Source of the DNA: an uncultured Verrucomicrobiae bacterium
GTDB taxonomy: Bacteria > Verrucomicrobiota > Verrucomicrobiia > Limisphaerales > JAFGQR01
DNA length: 64,000 nt
Assembly (NCBI GenBank): GCA_963788655.1
Contig: CAWBHS010000009.1
Location: 42,115 to 106,114 of the forward strand
Direction: 5' to 3'
The translations under genes were made by a program, and so were the position numbers. The notes below the pieces were generated by a model. The model had not been told where the DNA came from. It ran no database searches and worked only from the letters and a program-made list of their open reading frames with translations. This document shows positions 1-10,712 of the stretch, one piece after another (the stretch's first letter is position 1; the number at the start of each line of letters is the position of its first letter).

Positions 1-1803
1 ATGCCCGTAGGACCGGCACGGGATGAAATTGGTCTGGCCATTCGCAAAATCGTTCAACGCCTGTTTGGGCACGCGCATCAAGCCTGCACTCGAGGCAATC
101 CACAAATACCCCTGCCCGTCTTCCAGTAGATAGCCCAGGCTGTTGTTGATGAGTCCCTCGCGGGTCGTGTAGCGAGTGAACTGGCCGTCCTGGAACCGGG
201 CCAGGCCACTCGAGGACCCGATCCACAAAACGCCTTCGCTATCGAGGTAGAGCGAGGAAATGTTGTCGCTGGGCAGGCCATCGCTTTTGTGATACGCGGT
301 GAACTGACCGTCGTGCAGGCGATTCAGCCCGCCCCTGACGGTACCGATCCATAGGTCTTGATCCTGATCGCCCGCAATGGCTTGAACAATGTCTGCCGAC
401 AAGCCGTCGCGGGTCGAGTAACGCCGCCATCCACGGTCATCCCAGCGCAGTAAACCACTTCGGGTGCCGAACCAGAGCCGGCCGTGAGGATCCTGATAAA
501 TAGCTTGCACGACCTTCGGATATTCCGGCCCCGGCACGACGCGCTGGAAACGGCCATTTTCAAATTGAAACAGACCCGGCCCCGGACTGGCCCACGTGCC
601 CATCCAGACTTGTTGGTTCGTGTCCACAAACATGGATTTGACCGAACGGTTCAGCAGTCCCTGCTGGAAACCAAGCCATTCCACCTCACCGTTTTTCCAA
701 TGGCCCACTTCGCCGCCATTGCAGCCGACCCAGAGTCCACCCCGTTGATCCGGGCAAACCGATTGCACTGTCAGCCCAGGGGTTTCGGGCATGACGTTGA
801 AAACGTGATGCTGGACCCGATTCAATCCACCGCCATCGGTGCCGACCCACAGGGTGCCTTCCCGGTCCATGAGCAAAGATAGAATGGAATTGTGGGACAA
901 TCCCTGGTTGGTGGTTAGGCAAGTGTGTTTTCCTTCGGCGTCGAACCAGAACAATCCATCGCCCAAAGTGCCGACAATCAAGTTGCCCTGTTGATCCTCG
1001 CAAGCGGCCGTCACCCGCTGGGCCCAGAGGTCGTTGTAGCTGGCCAATTCGCGCACCGGATGGTTGTCCTTCCACTTTTGAATTCGCCCGTTGGCCAGGC
1101 ACCAGAATCCTCCCTCCCGGCTGCGCAGTAGGAAATCGAGTCGCCCCATCCTGAAGTCCTGGACCACCGGCAAATTGGGCGGGTCCATCGCCGCCGTGGG
1201 ATCAATGGCCACCAGGTGCCAATCGCTGCCAATCCATAGCAATCCGGCATCAGTGGCAATAATCGTTCGGTAGTTGGCCCGCACATTGGCATCAAACGAA
1301 AACTGCTGGACGCGCCCGTCGCGGTACCGCCATAGCCGTCCGGTTGTGGAATAGAGCCACACCGCTCCCAGGGAATCCTCGCAGGCCGCCACCAACCGCC
1401 CGGCGGAACCATCCTGATTGCTCACCAGACTGGTGACTGTGCCGTCTTTGGCCAGGAAGATACCGGCCGTTTCGGTGCCGATCCACAAATTGCTCCGGCT
1501 ATCCTCAAACAGGCTGACAATCCAACTGCTATCCAATCCTGGCGTGTTGCCTTCGTCAAAGACCGTAAACTGAATGCCATCAAACCGCACCACTCCGCTC
1601 AGCGTGCCCAGCCACAAATAACCGTCGCGCGTTTGCGTCATCGCAATCACCGAATTCTGCGGCAATCCCGCATCCGTGTCATACACGCTAATGGTGTAGG
1701 GTGCCGTCGCAGGGGCGAGGGCTGCCATTTCGCCGCACAGTCCGGCGGTTGGGCCCCCCATCAGCAGCCCGGCGATGACGACTTTCCAACTGTGTTTCAG
1801 CAT
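1..1803 (-). CDS. Two-component regulator propeller (Reg_prop) sensor protein, probably a hybrid histidine kinase; 3' end is off-window
   Basis: Manual translation from ATG 1803: MLKHSWKVVIAGLL...GLPQNSVIAMTQTRDGYLWLGTLSGVVRFDG...SLFEDSRSNLWIGT, i.e. repeated D-x-x-G-x-LW-x-GT blades. No stop before the window edge, so it is absent from the ORF track. Confidence 0.85.
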   Translation of the reverse strand, partial: MLKHSWKVVIAGLLMGGPTAGLCGEMAALAPATAPYTISVYDTDAGLPQNSVIAMTQTRDGYLWLGTLSGVVRFDGIQFTVFDEGNTPGLDSSWIVSLFEDSRSNLWIGTETAGIFLAKDGTVTSLVSNQDGSAGRLVAACEDSLGAVWLYSTTGRLWRYRDGRVQQFSFDANVRANYRTIIATDAGLLWIGSDWHLVAIDPTAAMDPPNLPVVQDFRMGRLDFLLRSREGGFWCLANGRIQKWKDNHPVRELASYNDLWAQRVTAACEDQQGNLIVGTLGDGLFWFDAEGKHTCLTTNQGLSHNSILSLLMDREGTLWVGTDGGGLNRVQHHVFNVMPETPGLTVQSVCPDQRGGLWVGCNGGEVGHWKNGEVEWLGFQQGLLNRSVKSMFVDTNQQVWMGTWASPGPGLFQFENGRFQRVVPGPEYPKVVQAIYQDPHGRLWFGTRSGLLRWDDRGWRRYSTRDGLSADIVQAIAGDQDQDLWIGTVRGGLNRLHDGQFTAYHKSDGLPSDNISSLYLDSEGVLWIGSSSGLARFQDGQFTRYTTREGLINNSLGYLLEDGQGYLWIASSAGLMRVPKQALNDFANGQTNFIPCRSYGH

Positions 1804-2523
1804 AATGTATTATTCGGGAGACCCGGTGCCGGGGCAACCCCAATCGCCTGGGGGCCATCGTTAGCTTTCCTGGCACCGCCAAGCTACCACCCACGCCCGG
1901 GCCAACATTGGTTGCGCGAAATGTCACGGTGCGTGCGACGAACACATTGCCGACGAATCCTGGGCGTCCGGCGGCAACGGCACCGCGCCGGAAATCAGGT
2001 ATCCACCGTACAAGATCAACGCCCTCTGCCGGGATTGCCACAAATGGCCCAAGATGGTTAATAAGCCCGGCGACCCCTGCTCCAAACTGTTGGGCAAACC
2101 CACTCGCAAGTGCTTCTGCACCGATTGCCACGGCCAACACCGCCTCGTGGAACGTAAGTGCAAGTGGAGGTAGCGTGATCGGTTCGACTTGTCCCTTCCA
2201 TGCATCTCCTCAGCCTCATTGGTTGAGAAGGTGCGGGCACGGAGGGGGTTGCGGTTTTGCTTTCGAGTAACGAACAACCTTCCCGGGAGAGAGAACGCCG
2301 ATTCAAAAAATGGCCGAACTGGACGAATTTGCCAAGCCTTGCCACCGCGGTGGCACGCGGTTCCCAAAAAAGTACGCAACTTTTAGCCGGCTCATCGTGT
2401 CTAACTATGAAATGCGTTGCGCGTCGAAGCTGAGCCTGTAGCCTGTGTTGCTCGGGCAGGCGATCGGACAACGGTGCCGCCGAAGTTTGAGAAATGTGAA
2501 CAGGTTTTGAGTCTCGGTTAATC

Positions 2524-3270
2524 ATGTATTGGAAACAGCCAACGGAATTGTGTGGATTATCGACCGATCCCGAAATTAACGCGGCGACCTGCCGGCATCG
2601 GTCGCGCGCTTTCACCCTTATCGAACTACTGGTCGTCATTGCCATCATCGCCATCCTGGCGGGAATGTTGTTGCCCGCTTTGGCCAAGGCCAAGGTGAAG
2701 GCGCAAAAGATTGCCTGTGTCAGCAACCTGCGGCAAGTGGCGATCGGCTTGCGGATGTGGTCCGACGATCATGAAGACAAGTTCCCCTGGTGGGTGCCGG
2801 TGGATGAAGGCGGCTCCCGTTCGCAGAGCGAGGCTTGGCAGCATTTTCTCATCATTTCCAACGAACTGGGCTCGCCGCAAGTGCTGCACTGTCCGGCGGA
2901 CAAAGAAAAGAATTCGACTTTCAACTTTTCCAATGACCCGAACGATGGCTTTGCGGCGAAGGGCAATGCGGCGCTAAGCTACTGGTTTGCCTCGGAATCA
3001 AAGGAACAGTTGCCCAATCACCATCTGGTCGGCGACCGTAACATCCAGGGAAACCTGACTGGCCGCTGTGGCACAGGAGCAATCACCGGCAATATCTACA
3101 ACTTGTATCCGGAGGACAACGACGTGGGGTGGGACGAAACGATGCATCAGCGCGCCGGTAACATTGCCATTACGGATGGCAGCGTCCAGAATCTAAACTA
3201 CGCCCAGCTCACCATCTTTCTCGAACTCACTGGAGACAACAACCTCAGTAACTGTATTCTGAAGCCCTGA
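2524..3270 (+). CDS. Prepilin-type N-terminal methylation / H-X9-DG (DUF1559-like) protein
   Basis: [30 protein letters not shown]-x-SNLRQ, C-terminal [14 protein letters not shown]. Confidence 0.9.
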   Translation: MYWKQPTELCGLSTDPEINAATCRHRSRAFTLIELLVVIAIIAILAGMLLPALAKAKVKAQKIACVSNLRQVAIGLRMWSDDHEDKFPWWVPVDEGGSRSQSEAWQHFLIISNELGSPQVLHCPADKEKNSTFNFSNDPNDGFAAKGNAALSYWFASESKEQLPNHHLVGDRNIQGNLTGRCGTGAITGNIYNLYPEDNDVGWDETMHQRAGNIAITDGSVQNLNYAQLTIFLELTGDNNLSNCILKP

Positions 3271-3545
3271 CAGTTTGTCCTTGTCTAACAATCTCGTGGT
3301 AGGAGCGCCGACATTCTTGTCGGCGCGGTCGTTTATGCTGGTTTCGAGCTCGTTCACCGTTCCACCTGATTCGACTGGTTCAATCGCTGGCTGTTGCCAG
3401 CGCTGGCGTAGGGGACCGTGCGGTTGCTCGGACTTCGCATTAAGGTGGATGATTGGCGCGCACTGCGGCGCGCACGGATTCCTGGTGGTGGCGGATTGAA
3501 TCAGGCCTTGCCGTCGGGAGAGATCTATCAGATTCGCTCGGTGGA

Positions 3546-5333
3546 TTACTCGTCCAAAAATTCCAGCACCCCAAAGCGGTTGGGTTCGTGAAACGAGCCG
3601 GAGAGGGTCGGGTTCCAGGCCAGGAACGCGCGATTGGCCCGGTCACAACGGAAGAGGTTCAATCGCCAGCGCGTGCCGCCTACTGGCGGAGTGTCACTCA
3701 AAGCCGTCAACGGGATGCGCACCTCGCAGGTCCACACTTTGGCGTCGGTGTCGATTTTGACGGCCGATTCAAACCGGCTGTTCCAGGCGAAATCTTTCTC
3801 GGGCAGATTCAGGATCATCAGGTCCAGCTTCTCATTGGAGGGGGCCACTTCGAACTCGGAGTAGTGCTTCGGATTTTCCGGATCCGCGCCGATGAACGCT
3901 TCCACGACGTCGCGGTCCCACAGACTGACGCCGGGCTTGTCCACCTCAAACCGCTTCCGTTCGAACTGCGGTGGCTCGAAAGTCGTGAGCGTGGTGTAGG
4001 GACATTCGTAAGCCAGATAAAGGTAGTTGCGCGTCCAGAGGACACGAACACTGGTGGCCATATTGGGCCGGGCCGTAGCTGTGGCGGTTTCGTATTCCAG
4101 ATGGGCTGGGGGTGCGACTTGCCACTCGGTTTTAGTCAAGTCGCCGTCCAGTTGGAAATCATTGGCGAGGCGACGCGCGCGCACGACGGGGGCCGGCAGC
4201 GAACGCGCCAGCAGTTTGCGCGCATTGTCAAAGTAGATTTTGCGCAGGACGGATTCGGGCAAGTTGATGCTGTTGATGGTCCAGTCGCCTTGAATAGGAG
4301 TCATGTGTCGCCAGTTGCAGTCGCGGGTTTCCAGCCAGCGCCAATGCTTGCGGTAGAATACCTCCGCGTCTGCGTCCGTCGGCGGCGGCTCATTGCCGCT
4401 GGAACCCAGGATCAAACGGTCATACACCATGAAATCCGTGCCCAACAAAATGCGGTCTTGATACTTGAGGAACAGGCGGCGCACCTGGTCGGGATCATGC
4501 CGGCCAAGCTCCGGAATGCGTGCGGCCAGGTCGGCCATCATGTTCGGATACCGGCTCAGCGAGGCTTCCACCCAATCGAGATCCTCGGCGCAATTCGCGA
4601 AGTGGACACACACAAAGGTCGTCCGCGGGTGACGCGCAATCACGCGGTTGAGCGCTGCGAGCAAGCCTTTCCACGTTGGGTATTTGTTCGTGTCGCCGAA
4701 CCACCAACTTTGGTGGTCTTTGAGTTCCTTCCAACGTTCATTGCTTTCATTGTACGGCATCCAGAAAGCCTTGGGATCGGCGACGTGGATGGACACCGGC
4801 ATGCCCAATTCGCCACAACGTTCCCAGACCGGGTCCAGCTTGGGATCATCCACGGCGATGAGTTTGCCGGCCCCGTCTCGCAGGTAGAGCCCGAGGCGTT
4901 TGAATTCTTTTAGGCCCGCCGAACCCAGCCGGTGCCCTTCCTCAATCTGTTTCACCGCGCGGGCCGACCAATCAGGATCATCCCAACCCTGGTAATTCAG
5001 GATCATGTAATGAACGAGTCGGCCGGGAAACAGCGCATCGGCGAGATGTTTGTTACGTTCGAATTCCGAAGGCCCGCCGTCCTTGCTGGGCGCCACCGTG
5101 CCCGTGCCGAGATTGACGGCCACGCCGAGCCCGACGGCGTCCATGATCCGCACCGCCCGCGCCAGGTGCTGGGTGGTGAAATCAATGTGTTGATGGAGGT
5201 CGATCAGGCGATGTTCGGCGCGCCATTGGTCCGGCTGCGCGCGTCCATCCGCCGCCATTGCTTGGGCGACTGCCATGCCGGCGCAGCCCAGATACGCCAT
5301 TGCCAATCCTGTAATGAAACCCGATGTCTGCAT
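3546..5333 (-). CDS. Secreted amidohydrolase_2-family protein fused to a C-terminal CBM9-like domain
   Basis: Signal peptide; IDLHQH, IHVADP, VHFA and GTD motifs; C-terminal LDGDLTKTEW...WDRDVVEAF...WRLNLFR...FHEPNRFG. Start chosen at ATG 5333. Confidence 0.85.
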   Translation of the reverse strand: MQTSGFITGLAMAYLGCAGMAVAQAMAADGRAQPDQWRAEHRLIDLHQHIDFTTQHLARAVRIMDAVGLGVAVNLGTGTVAPSKDGGPSEFERNKHLADALFPGRLVHYMILNYQGWDDPDWSARAVKQIEEGHRLGSAGLKEFKRLGLYLRDGAGKLIAVDDPKLDPVWERCGELGMPVSIHVADPKAFWMPYNESNERWKELKDHQSWWFGDTNKYPTWKGLLAALNRVIARHPRTTFVCVHFANCAEDLDWVEASLSRYPNMMADLAARIPELGRHDPDQVRRLFLKYQDRILLGTDFMVYDRLILGSSGNEPPPTDADAEVFYRKHWRWLETRDCNWRHMTPIQGDWTINSINLPESVLRKIYFDNARKLLARSLPAPVVRARRLANDFQLDGDLTKTEWQVAPPAHLEYETATATARPNMATSVRVLWTRNYLYLAYECPYTTLTTFEPPQFERKRFEVDKPGVSLWDRDVVEAFIGADPENPKHYSEFEVAPSNEKLDLMILNLPEKDFAWNSRFESAVKIDTDAKVWTCEVRIPLTALSDTPPVGGTRWRLNLFRCDRANRAFLAWNPTLSGSFHEPNRFGVLEFLDE

Positions 5334-5467
5334 AATGGTATTGTGTGCTGGGTGGAGCGTAAACCTGGTTGCGGGTAGTAGGCCAGCCGCAATATTGTCC
5401 CGATCCATTCCGGGCTTCCGCGCCGTTTCCCGCTCGCTTTTTTTGCAACCTTTGGTACCAACATTGC

Positions 5468-6547
5468 GTGCGATCTGAACTGTTAACGAACGCCCGCCGC
5501 ATCGTCATCAAGCTGGGCACCGGCGTGCTGACCAACCAACACAAGCAACCCGATCTCCTGCAGATCGAACAGTTGGTTGGGCAAATGGCCGGCTTGCGAA
5601 CGAGCGGACGCGAGTTGGTCGTCGTCTCCTCCGGGGCGGTGGGCGCCGGCATGGGCGCGTTTGGGTATAAGAAACGCCCAACGGAGCTGGCCGAGCTTCA
5701 GGCCTGCGCGGCGGTGGGCCAATCCCGCCTCATGACGTTGTACGACCATTTGTTCGCCAAGTGGCATCTCGACGTGGCGCAAGTGCTCTTGACGCATGAG
5801 GATCTCAAACACCACGACCGCCATCTCAATGCCCGCAACACGCTGGTTACTCTGCTGGACTCGCCCAACGTGGTGCCGATTGTGAACGAGAACGACGCCG
5901 TCTCGGTCACCGAACTCAAATTCGGCGACAACGATCGGTTGTCCGCGCTGGTGGCGTGCCTGTTGCCCGCCGATCTGCTGGTGATTCTGACCAGCGTCGA
6001 TGGCCTGGTTGAAAACTACGGTCAAGCCAATGCCCACACCCTGCCGGTGGTACCGTCCATCGACGAACGCATTACCCAACTGGCGGGCGGCACCCGCAGC
6101 GTTACCGCGGTGGGCGGCATGACGACCAAAGTCGAGGCCGCCAAGATCGCCATGCGCGCCGGCATTCCTCTGGTCATTGCCTGCGGCCGCAAAAAGAAAG
6201 TGCTGGCCAATGTGATCGAGGGCGGCGAAGAAGGTACTCTGTTTTTGCCGCAGCCCAACAAGCTCAAGGGGCGCAAACGCTGGATTGCGTTTTTTCATCA
6301 TCCTCGAGGGGCGCTGGTGGTGGACGACGGCGCCAAGCAAGCGTTGCGCGAGTCAGGCAAGAGCCTCTTGCCGCCGGGCATCACGCGTTGCGAGGGCCAG
6401 TTTACCCAAGGCGACGTGGTGCGAATTTGTGACGCGAACGGCACCGAGTTTGCCCGCGGCATCTGCCGGTTTGGCGCCGCGGAGATCAACGAACGGCAGC
6501 TCAAACGAGTTGAAGTGGTCCATCGCGATGACTTGGTGGTGCTGTGA
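5468..6547 (+). CDS. proB: Glutamate 5-kinase with PUA domain
   Basis: RIVIKLGTGVLT, VSSGAV, QACAAVGQ, NENDAVS, FGDNDRLSALVA, GGMTTKV, RKRWIAF, VVHRDDLV; GTG start at 5468. Confidence 0.97.
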   Translation: MRSELLTNARRIVIKLGTGVLTNQHKQPDLLQIEQLVGQMAGLRTSGRELVVVSSGAVGAGMGAFGYKKRPTELAELQACAAVGQSRLMTLYDHLFAKWHLDVAQVLLTHEDLKHHDRHLNARNTLVTLLDSPNVVPIVNENDAVSVTELKFGDNDRLSALVACLLPADLLVILTSVDGLVENYGQANAHTLPVVPSIDERITQLAGGTRSVTAVGGMTTKVEAAKIAMRAGIPLVIACGRKKKVLANVIEGGEEGTLFLPQPNKLKGRKRWIAFFHHPRGALVVDDGAKQALRESGKSLLPPGITRCEGQFTQGDVVRICDANGTEFARGICRFGAAEINERQLKRVEVVHRDDLVVL

Positions 6548-6603
6548 ATTTCACCGGTGGACCGGTCTCATTTTGAATCCTTAATTGATGCGTTGATTGC
6601 CTT

Positions 6604-7319
6604 ATGAAAAAACGTCCCGCCATTCAGGATTTGCTCGACGTCATGTCCCGGTTGCGCTCGCCGACTGGCTGCCCTTGGGACCGCGAGCAGGACCACCGGA
6701 CCTTGCGTTTCCATGCGGTCGAGGAGGTGTATGAACTGTTGGATGCCATCGAAGCCGGCGACGATCACGAGATGGCCGAGGAACTTGGCGATCTGCTGCT
6801 CCAGGTCGTCTTCCATTGCCAATTGGCCCGCGAACGCAGCGCCTTCGATTTCGAGGCGGTGGCCCGGCACATCACTGACAAATTGATCCGTCGGCATCCC
6901 CACGTATTTGGCGACGCCAAAGCCCGGACGGTCGGCATGGTTTGGGCTCAGTGGGAGAAGATCAAGCGGGACGGAAAAGACAAGGAACGCGGCACGAGCG
7001 CACTTCCGCCCTGGATGGCATTCCCCGCCATTTGCCGGCGCTGTTACGCGCGGAGAAACTGGTGAAGAAAGCTTGCAAAGCCGGATTGTTGAACGGTGAA
7101 GCGGCTCGCAAGTCAGCCCCCGCCAAATCTGCGCTCGCCCGGGACCTCTTTCGCTTGGCGGAGCAAGCGCAAGCGCGGGGCTGGTCAGCGGAAGAGTTGT
7201 TGCGCACGGAAACCAAAAAACGGGAACGCGGTCTGCGCCAGCAGGAGCGAAAACAGGCGCGTCAGCGCAAGCAGTCGAATTCCGCCAGCAAGGCGGCAAA
7301 CAAATCCACCGGAACATAG
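6604..7319 (+). CDS. mazG: MazG nucleoside triphosphate pyrophosphohydrolase, frameshifted near 6975-7010
   Basis: RLRSPTGCPWDREQ, EEVYELLDAI, EELGDLLLQVVFH, KLIRRHPHVFG in ORF 6604-7065; SALDGIPRHLPALLRAEK continues in ORF 6942-7319. Confidence 0.9.
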
Positions 7320-9028
7320 TGGGCCCGATGCTGGAGGGCGGATTGCCGCACGGCGGTGTCGTCGCTCACCACGAAGATGCTTCGTTCGCGGGGCTGGTGG
7401 TCGGCGAACTTCAAGTGGCCGGCAATGACCTCGTCCGCCCGGTTCTTCCCCGCGCCCCCGGAAAACTCGACGCGGACGTTCGGGCTGACCGGCAACGACT
7501 CGGTGATCGGTCCGTCAAAACACACGTTCACCTGCACCTTCGGCCGGTTGCCGGCCAGTTTTTGCACCAGGCTGATCAGGTGCTGCCGGGCATTGCCACC
7601 CGGGCGGCCCGCTTCAAAATCGACTTCGAAAATCTCCGGTAACCGGAACAGCACATTGTAACCGTCCACCAGCACCAACGCGGGGCGGTTTTGGCGCAGC
7701 ACGCTGCCCAGCGACCAATGGCGGGCGCGATCCGGCACTTCCGGCGGGGCGCTGCGGTCGGTCAGGATGCTCAAGCGGCGTTGCAGCGTTTGATAAAGCA
7801 GACGCTGATCGGCCGGACGCGTCAATTCGTGACGGGCCAGGGATTCCAGAAGGTCGCCCATTGTCCGCAGCGCTTCGGAATCCGGCGCGTGATTGATTTG
7901 CCGCAGCAATCGTTCGGTGAAGTCATCCGTCGTTTCCTGGCCGGGCAGCTTCTGCTCGATCGTGGCAATTTCCGACTCCAGGTCGGCTAAAACTGTTTTC
8001 AGTTCAGGCAGCGGCGACAGGGCCGTGCGCGCGGCCACAGACAGTTGCTGCCGAACGTCGCGGAGATGATTCAGGCGGCCTTCCAATTCCAGGCGATTGC
8101 CGGTGTGACGGTCCTGGCGGGATTGCAATTCCAAAGCGCGTTCGGCTCGGGCCAGCAAGTCCGCCTGGGGGCCGGTTTGTTGGAGCTTGAAGGACTCCAA
8201 TTCCATCGCATCCGCCAGCCATTTGCGAATCTCGGCGGAGGTCTGTGCGCGCACCCCGGTGGCAATCGCCGTTTCCCGTTCGGCGGCGGTTTGTTCCAGT
8301 TGGCTTGCCAGCGCGCGACTTTCCTCGCGCCACCGCTGGGTTTCCTGTTTGAGCTTGTTGACTTTGCGTTCGAGGGCCTGCCGGGTTTCGGACGCCGTCG
8401 CTTGGGCTTCCTGGAGCTTGAGGCGGTGTTGCCGTTTCTCTTCCCGCAACTCCGCCCTCAACTTGCGAAGGGCGTCGCTCGGTTGCGCTTGTTCAGCGAC
8501 ATCGGGTTCCCCGGAGGATGCCGTTACGGCCAGTGGTTTTTGGATGGCGGGCGTCCGTGACATTTCCTGCAAGCCACGCCAAGTCGTTTCGGCGAAGGTC
8601 GCCAGCGTTTGGCGGGCATGGTTTTTTTCAGGGTCGGTCGTTTCGCGTTTTTCTTGGCGCGCTTGCTGGATACCGGTTTGGTGAACCTCTTCCCGTTCAT
8701 CCACCAGCAACAACACCGCCAGGTGGGCGGGGCCAAGCAGCACTGCCAGCGGTTCAATGATTTCCTTGAGCGCAGCCGGGGTCAGCGCGGCCAGGGAGGC
8801 CCGAAGCGGAAGATGTTCCGCCAGAAATGTCACCAGCCAACGCGGCAATTCCGCGCTGCCTTGAATCATCGTCGCCAAACGCTGGCGAATCAGCTTGGCC
8901 TTGGTAAAGCCACCCGGCAGCAGGGGCCCAACCCACTCGACCAGCCGCCGATCGGGGCAATCCGCAAGCAAGGACTCCAGCTTGCGGCCCACTGGTTCCG
9001 GTAGTGAAAAATGACGAATGGCAGCCAT
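7262..9028 (-). CDS. Coiled-coil protein with C-terminal NYN (YacP-like, PIN-fold) RNase domain
   Basis: Long heptad-rich middle; C-terminal VLVDGYNV...VCFDG...ADEVI...VVSDD acidic motifs. Confidence 0.8.
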   Translation of the reverse strand: MAAIRHFSLPEPVGRKLESLLADCPDRRLVEWVGPLLPGGFTKAKLIRQRLATMIQGSAELPRWLVTFLAEHLPLRASLAALTPAALKEIIEPLAVLLGPAHLAVLLLVDEREEVHQTGIQQARQEKRETTDPEKNHARQTLATFAETTWRGLQEMSRTPAIQKPLAVTASSGEPDVAEQAQPSDALRKLRAELREEKRQHRLKLQEAQATASETRQALERKVNKLKQETQRWREESRALASQLEQTAAERETAIATGVRAQTSAEIRKWLADAMELESFKLQQTGPQADLLARAERALELQSRQDRHTGNRLELEGRLNHLRDVRQQLSVAARTALSPLPELKTVLADLESEIATIEQKLPGQETTDDFTERLLRQINHAPDSEALRTMGDLLESLARHELTRPADQRLLYQTLQRRLSILTDRSAPPEVPDRARHWSLGSVLRQNRPALVLVDGYNVLFRLPEIFEVDFEAGRPGGNARQHLISLVQKLAGNRPKVQVNVCFDGPITESLPVSPNVRVEFSGGAGKNRADEVIAGHLKFADHQPRERSIFVVSDDTAVRQSALQHRAHYVPVDLFAALLAEFDCLR

Positions 9029-9106
9029 CGATTACTGTTCCACGAGCCGCAGGTTACTCCTGCCGCGGGGAGGGATGCAATGAGAGTTGAAGCGTTGAGG
9101 TGCTTA

Positions 9107-9299
9107 TGCCGTGACTATTCCGTAGGACAGGCGTCCCGCCTGTCTCGAACGACTGCCAACCATCGATTTGCCCCGCGGCGTAGGAAGTTTCGCCAGGTCA
9201 CCAAAAGGTGAGGAGCTCTTGGCTATTCGAGACAGGCGAGACGCCTGTCCTACCGCGCCGAATCGCCTCTTCGCTGCTCCAGCTACTGAATGGATACGG
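9107..9299. mobile_element. MITE-like element carrying a GTAG REP doublet (copy 1)
   Basis: GTAGGACAGGCGTCCCGCCTGTCTCG ... CGAGACAGGCGAGACGCCTGTCCTAC; imperfect outer inverted repeats; TTA on both flanks (9104-9106, 9300-9302); near-identical copy at 58479-58672. Confidence 0.8.
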
Positions 9300-9506
9300 T
9301 TAAGCATTGAAGCGCAATTGGAGCCAGGCTTCGGTGACGAGGCTGGGGCGGATCAAGTCAGCGTTCTGCGGGTGCCGTGGAAAACTCTGCGGACTTTGCG
9401 CGCCGTCCGCGCATGCACGATTGAACGTCGCAAGACCGGGCCAACCACGTCGTGGATCGGTTGGTTTTGAATTGGAATGTTCGTGGCGAAGGGATATTGG
9501 AATGCT

Positions 9507-10388
9507 ATGAAAACGTGGATTTGTGAAGTGTTGATCTTCGTGCTGGCGACCGTCTTGTTGGTGGCGGGGGTGCCACCGGAGGGCCGGCCGCTAAATGATT
9601 TGCAGGAAGAAATCCTGGAGGTGACCCGGGAGATCAACCAAGCTCCGCGCAACCCCGAGCTGTATATCAAACGCGCTGAGTTGCAGCGCGCCGGTTGCCA
9701 GTGGGACGCGGCGTACGTCGATATCGGACGTGCCGAGGCGCTGACCAACCAGTGGCCCATGCTGGATTTGGCCCGGGCGCGAGTGTTCTTGGACGCGCAG
9801 TGGTTCGAGAGCGCCGAAATGGCAGCGGACCGGTTCCTGGCTCGCGTGCCCAAACATGTCGAAGCCCTGACTCTGCGGGCGCGAGTGCGCGTGAAACTGC
9901 GGAAGTTCCTGGCCGCCGCTGCCGACTATTCTCGGGCCATCGACAATTCGTCTGCTCCCGCTCCGCAATTGTATCTTGAGCGCGCGCAAGCGCTGGTCGC
10001 TGCCGGAGGCGATCATCTCGCTGCCGCCGTGCAAGGGTTGGATCAGGGCATCCGTCGGTTGGGGCCAATCCTCACCTTGCAGTCGGCTGCCATCGAATTG
10101 GAGCTGAAACAGCATCGGGTGGAGGCCGCGCTGGCACGGATCGACCGGGTGCTGGCGCAGGTGCCGCGCAAGGAAGCTTGGTTGCTTCGCCGGGGCGAGA
10201 TTCTCCAGCAGGCGGGGCAAAACGCCGAAGCCGCTGATTCCTTTCGAGCGGCGCTGAAGGCGTTGGATACTCTGCCGCCCGGGCGTCGCGCCGTGCCGGC
10301 CACGCAGGAATTGGAGCAGCGAATTCGCGCGGCTTTGGCGGTTGCGGACAAAACGCAGGAGAGCCGGTCGGCTGCTCCGTCCCCGTAG
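9507..10388 (+). CDS. Exported tetratricopeptide repeat protein
   Basis: N-terminal hydrophobic segment; helical repeats such as ELYIKRAEL, AAADYSRAI, WLLRRGEIL...AADSFRAAL. Confidence 0.85.
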   Translation: MKTWICEVLIFVLATVLLVAGVPPEGRPLNDLQEEILEVTREINQAPRNPELYIKRAELQRAGCQWDAAYVDIGRAEALTNQWPMLDLARARVFLDAQWFESAEMAADRFLARVPKHVEALTLRARVRVKLRKFLAAAADYSRAIDNSSAPAPQLYLERAQALVAAGGDHLAAAVQGLDQGIRRLGPILTLQSAAIELELKQHRVEAALARIDRVLAQVPRKEAWLLRRGEILQQAGQNAEAADSFRAALKALDTLPPGRRAVPATQELEQRIRAALAVADKTQESRSAAPSP

Positions 10389-10712
10389 CCCGGGTGTTTC
10401 GCGGCTGGCGGATGTGAACCCAAAAGTGCGCGCTTCCACGTCCGTCATGACCACAAAACCGTTATTCACCGGCCTGCTTTCGGACGGCAGGTTGCATTAA
10501 CGGGTAGAAGGTGCGTAATCTGCCCGACCACCCTTCAGGTCAGGTGATGTTTCAAGCTGGTCTTAAGCGCTTAATAGCTAATGGGTTAACGGTCTGCTTG
10601 CGGTGAGTGCCACCGGCAAATGCCAATTCAACCGGTTGCCAATCGTTTCCTTTGAAAAAAACTCTGCGGATTTGTCTGCCGCTTTGCGCATGTATTAGGC
10701 GAAAGCAAAACA

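Noticed and set aside
2325..2370. Sigma-54 promoter (TGGCAC/TGGCAA motifs)
   Set aside because: GG-N10-GC spacing is not met on either strand.
10390..10712. Riboswitch or tRNA upstream of the giant gene
   Set aside because: No recognisable aptamer or cloverleaf by eye; an Rfam scan would be needed.
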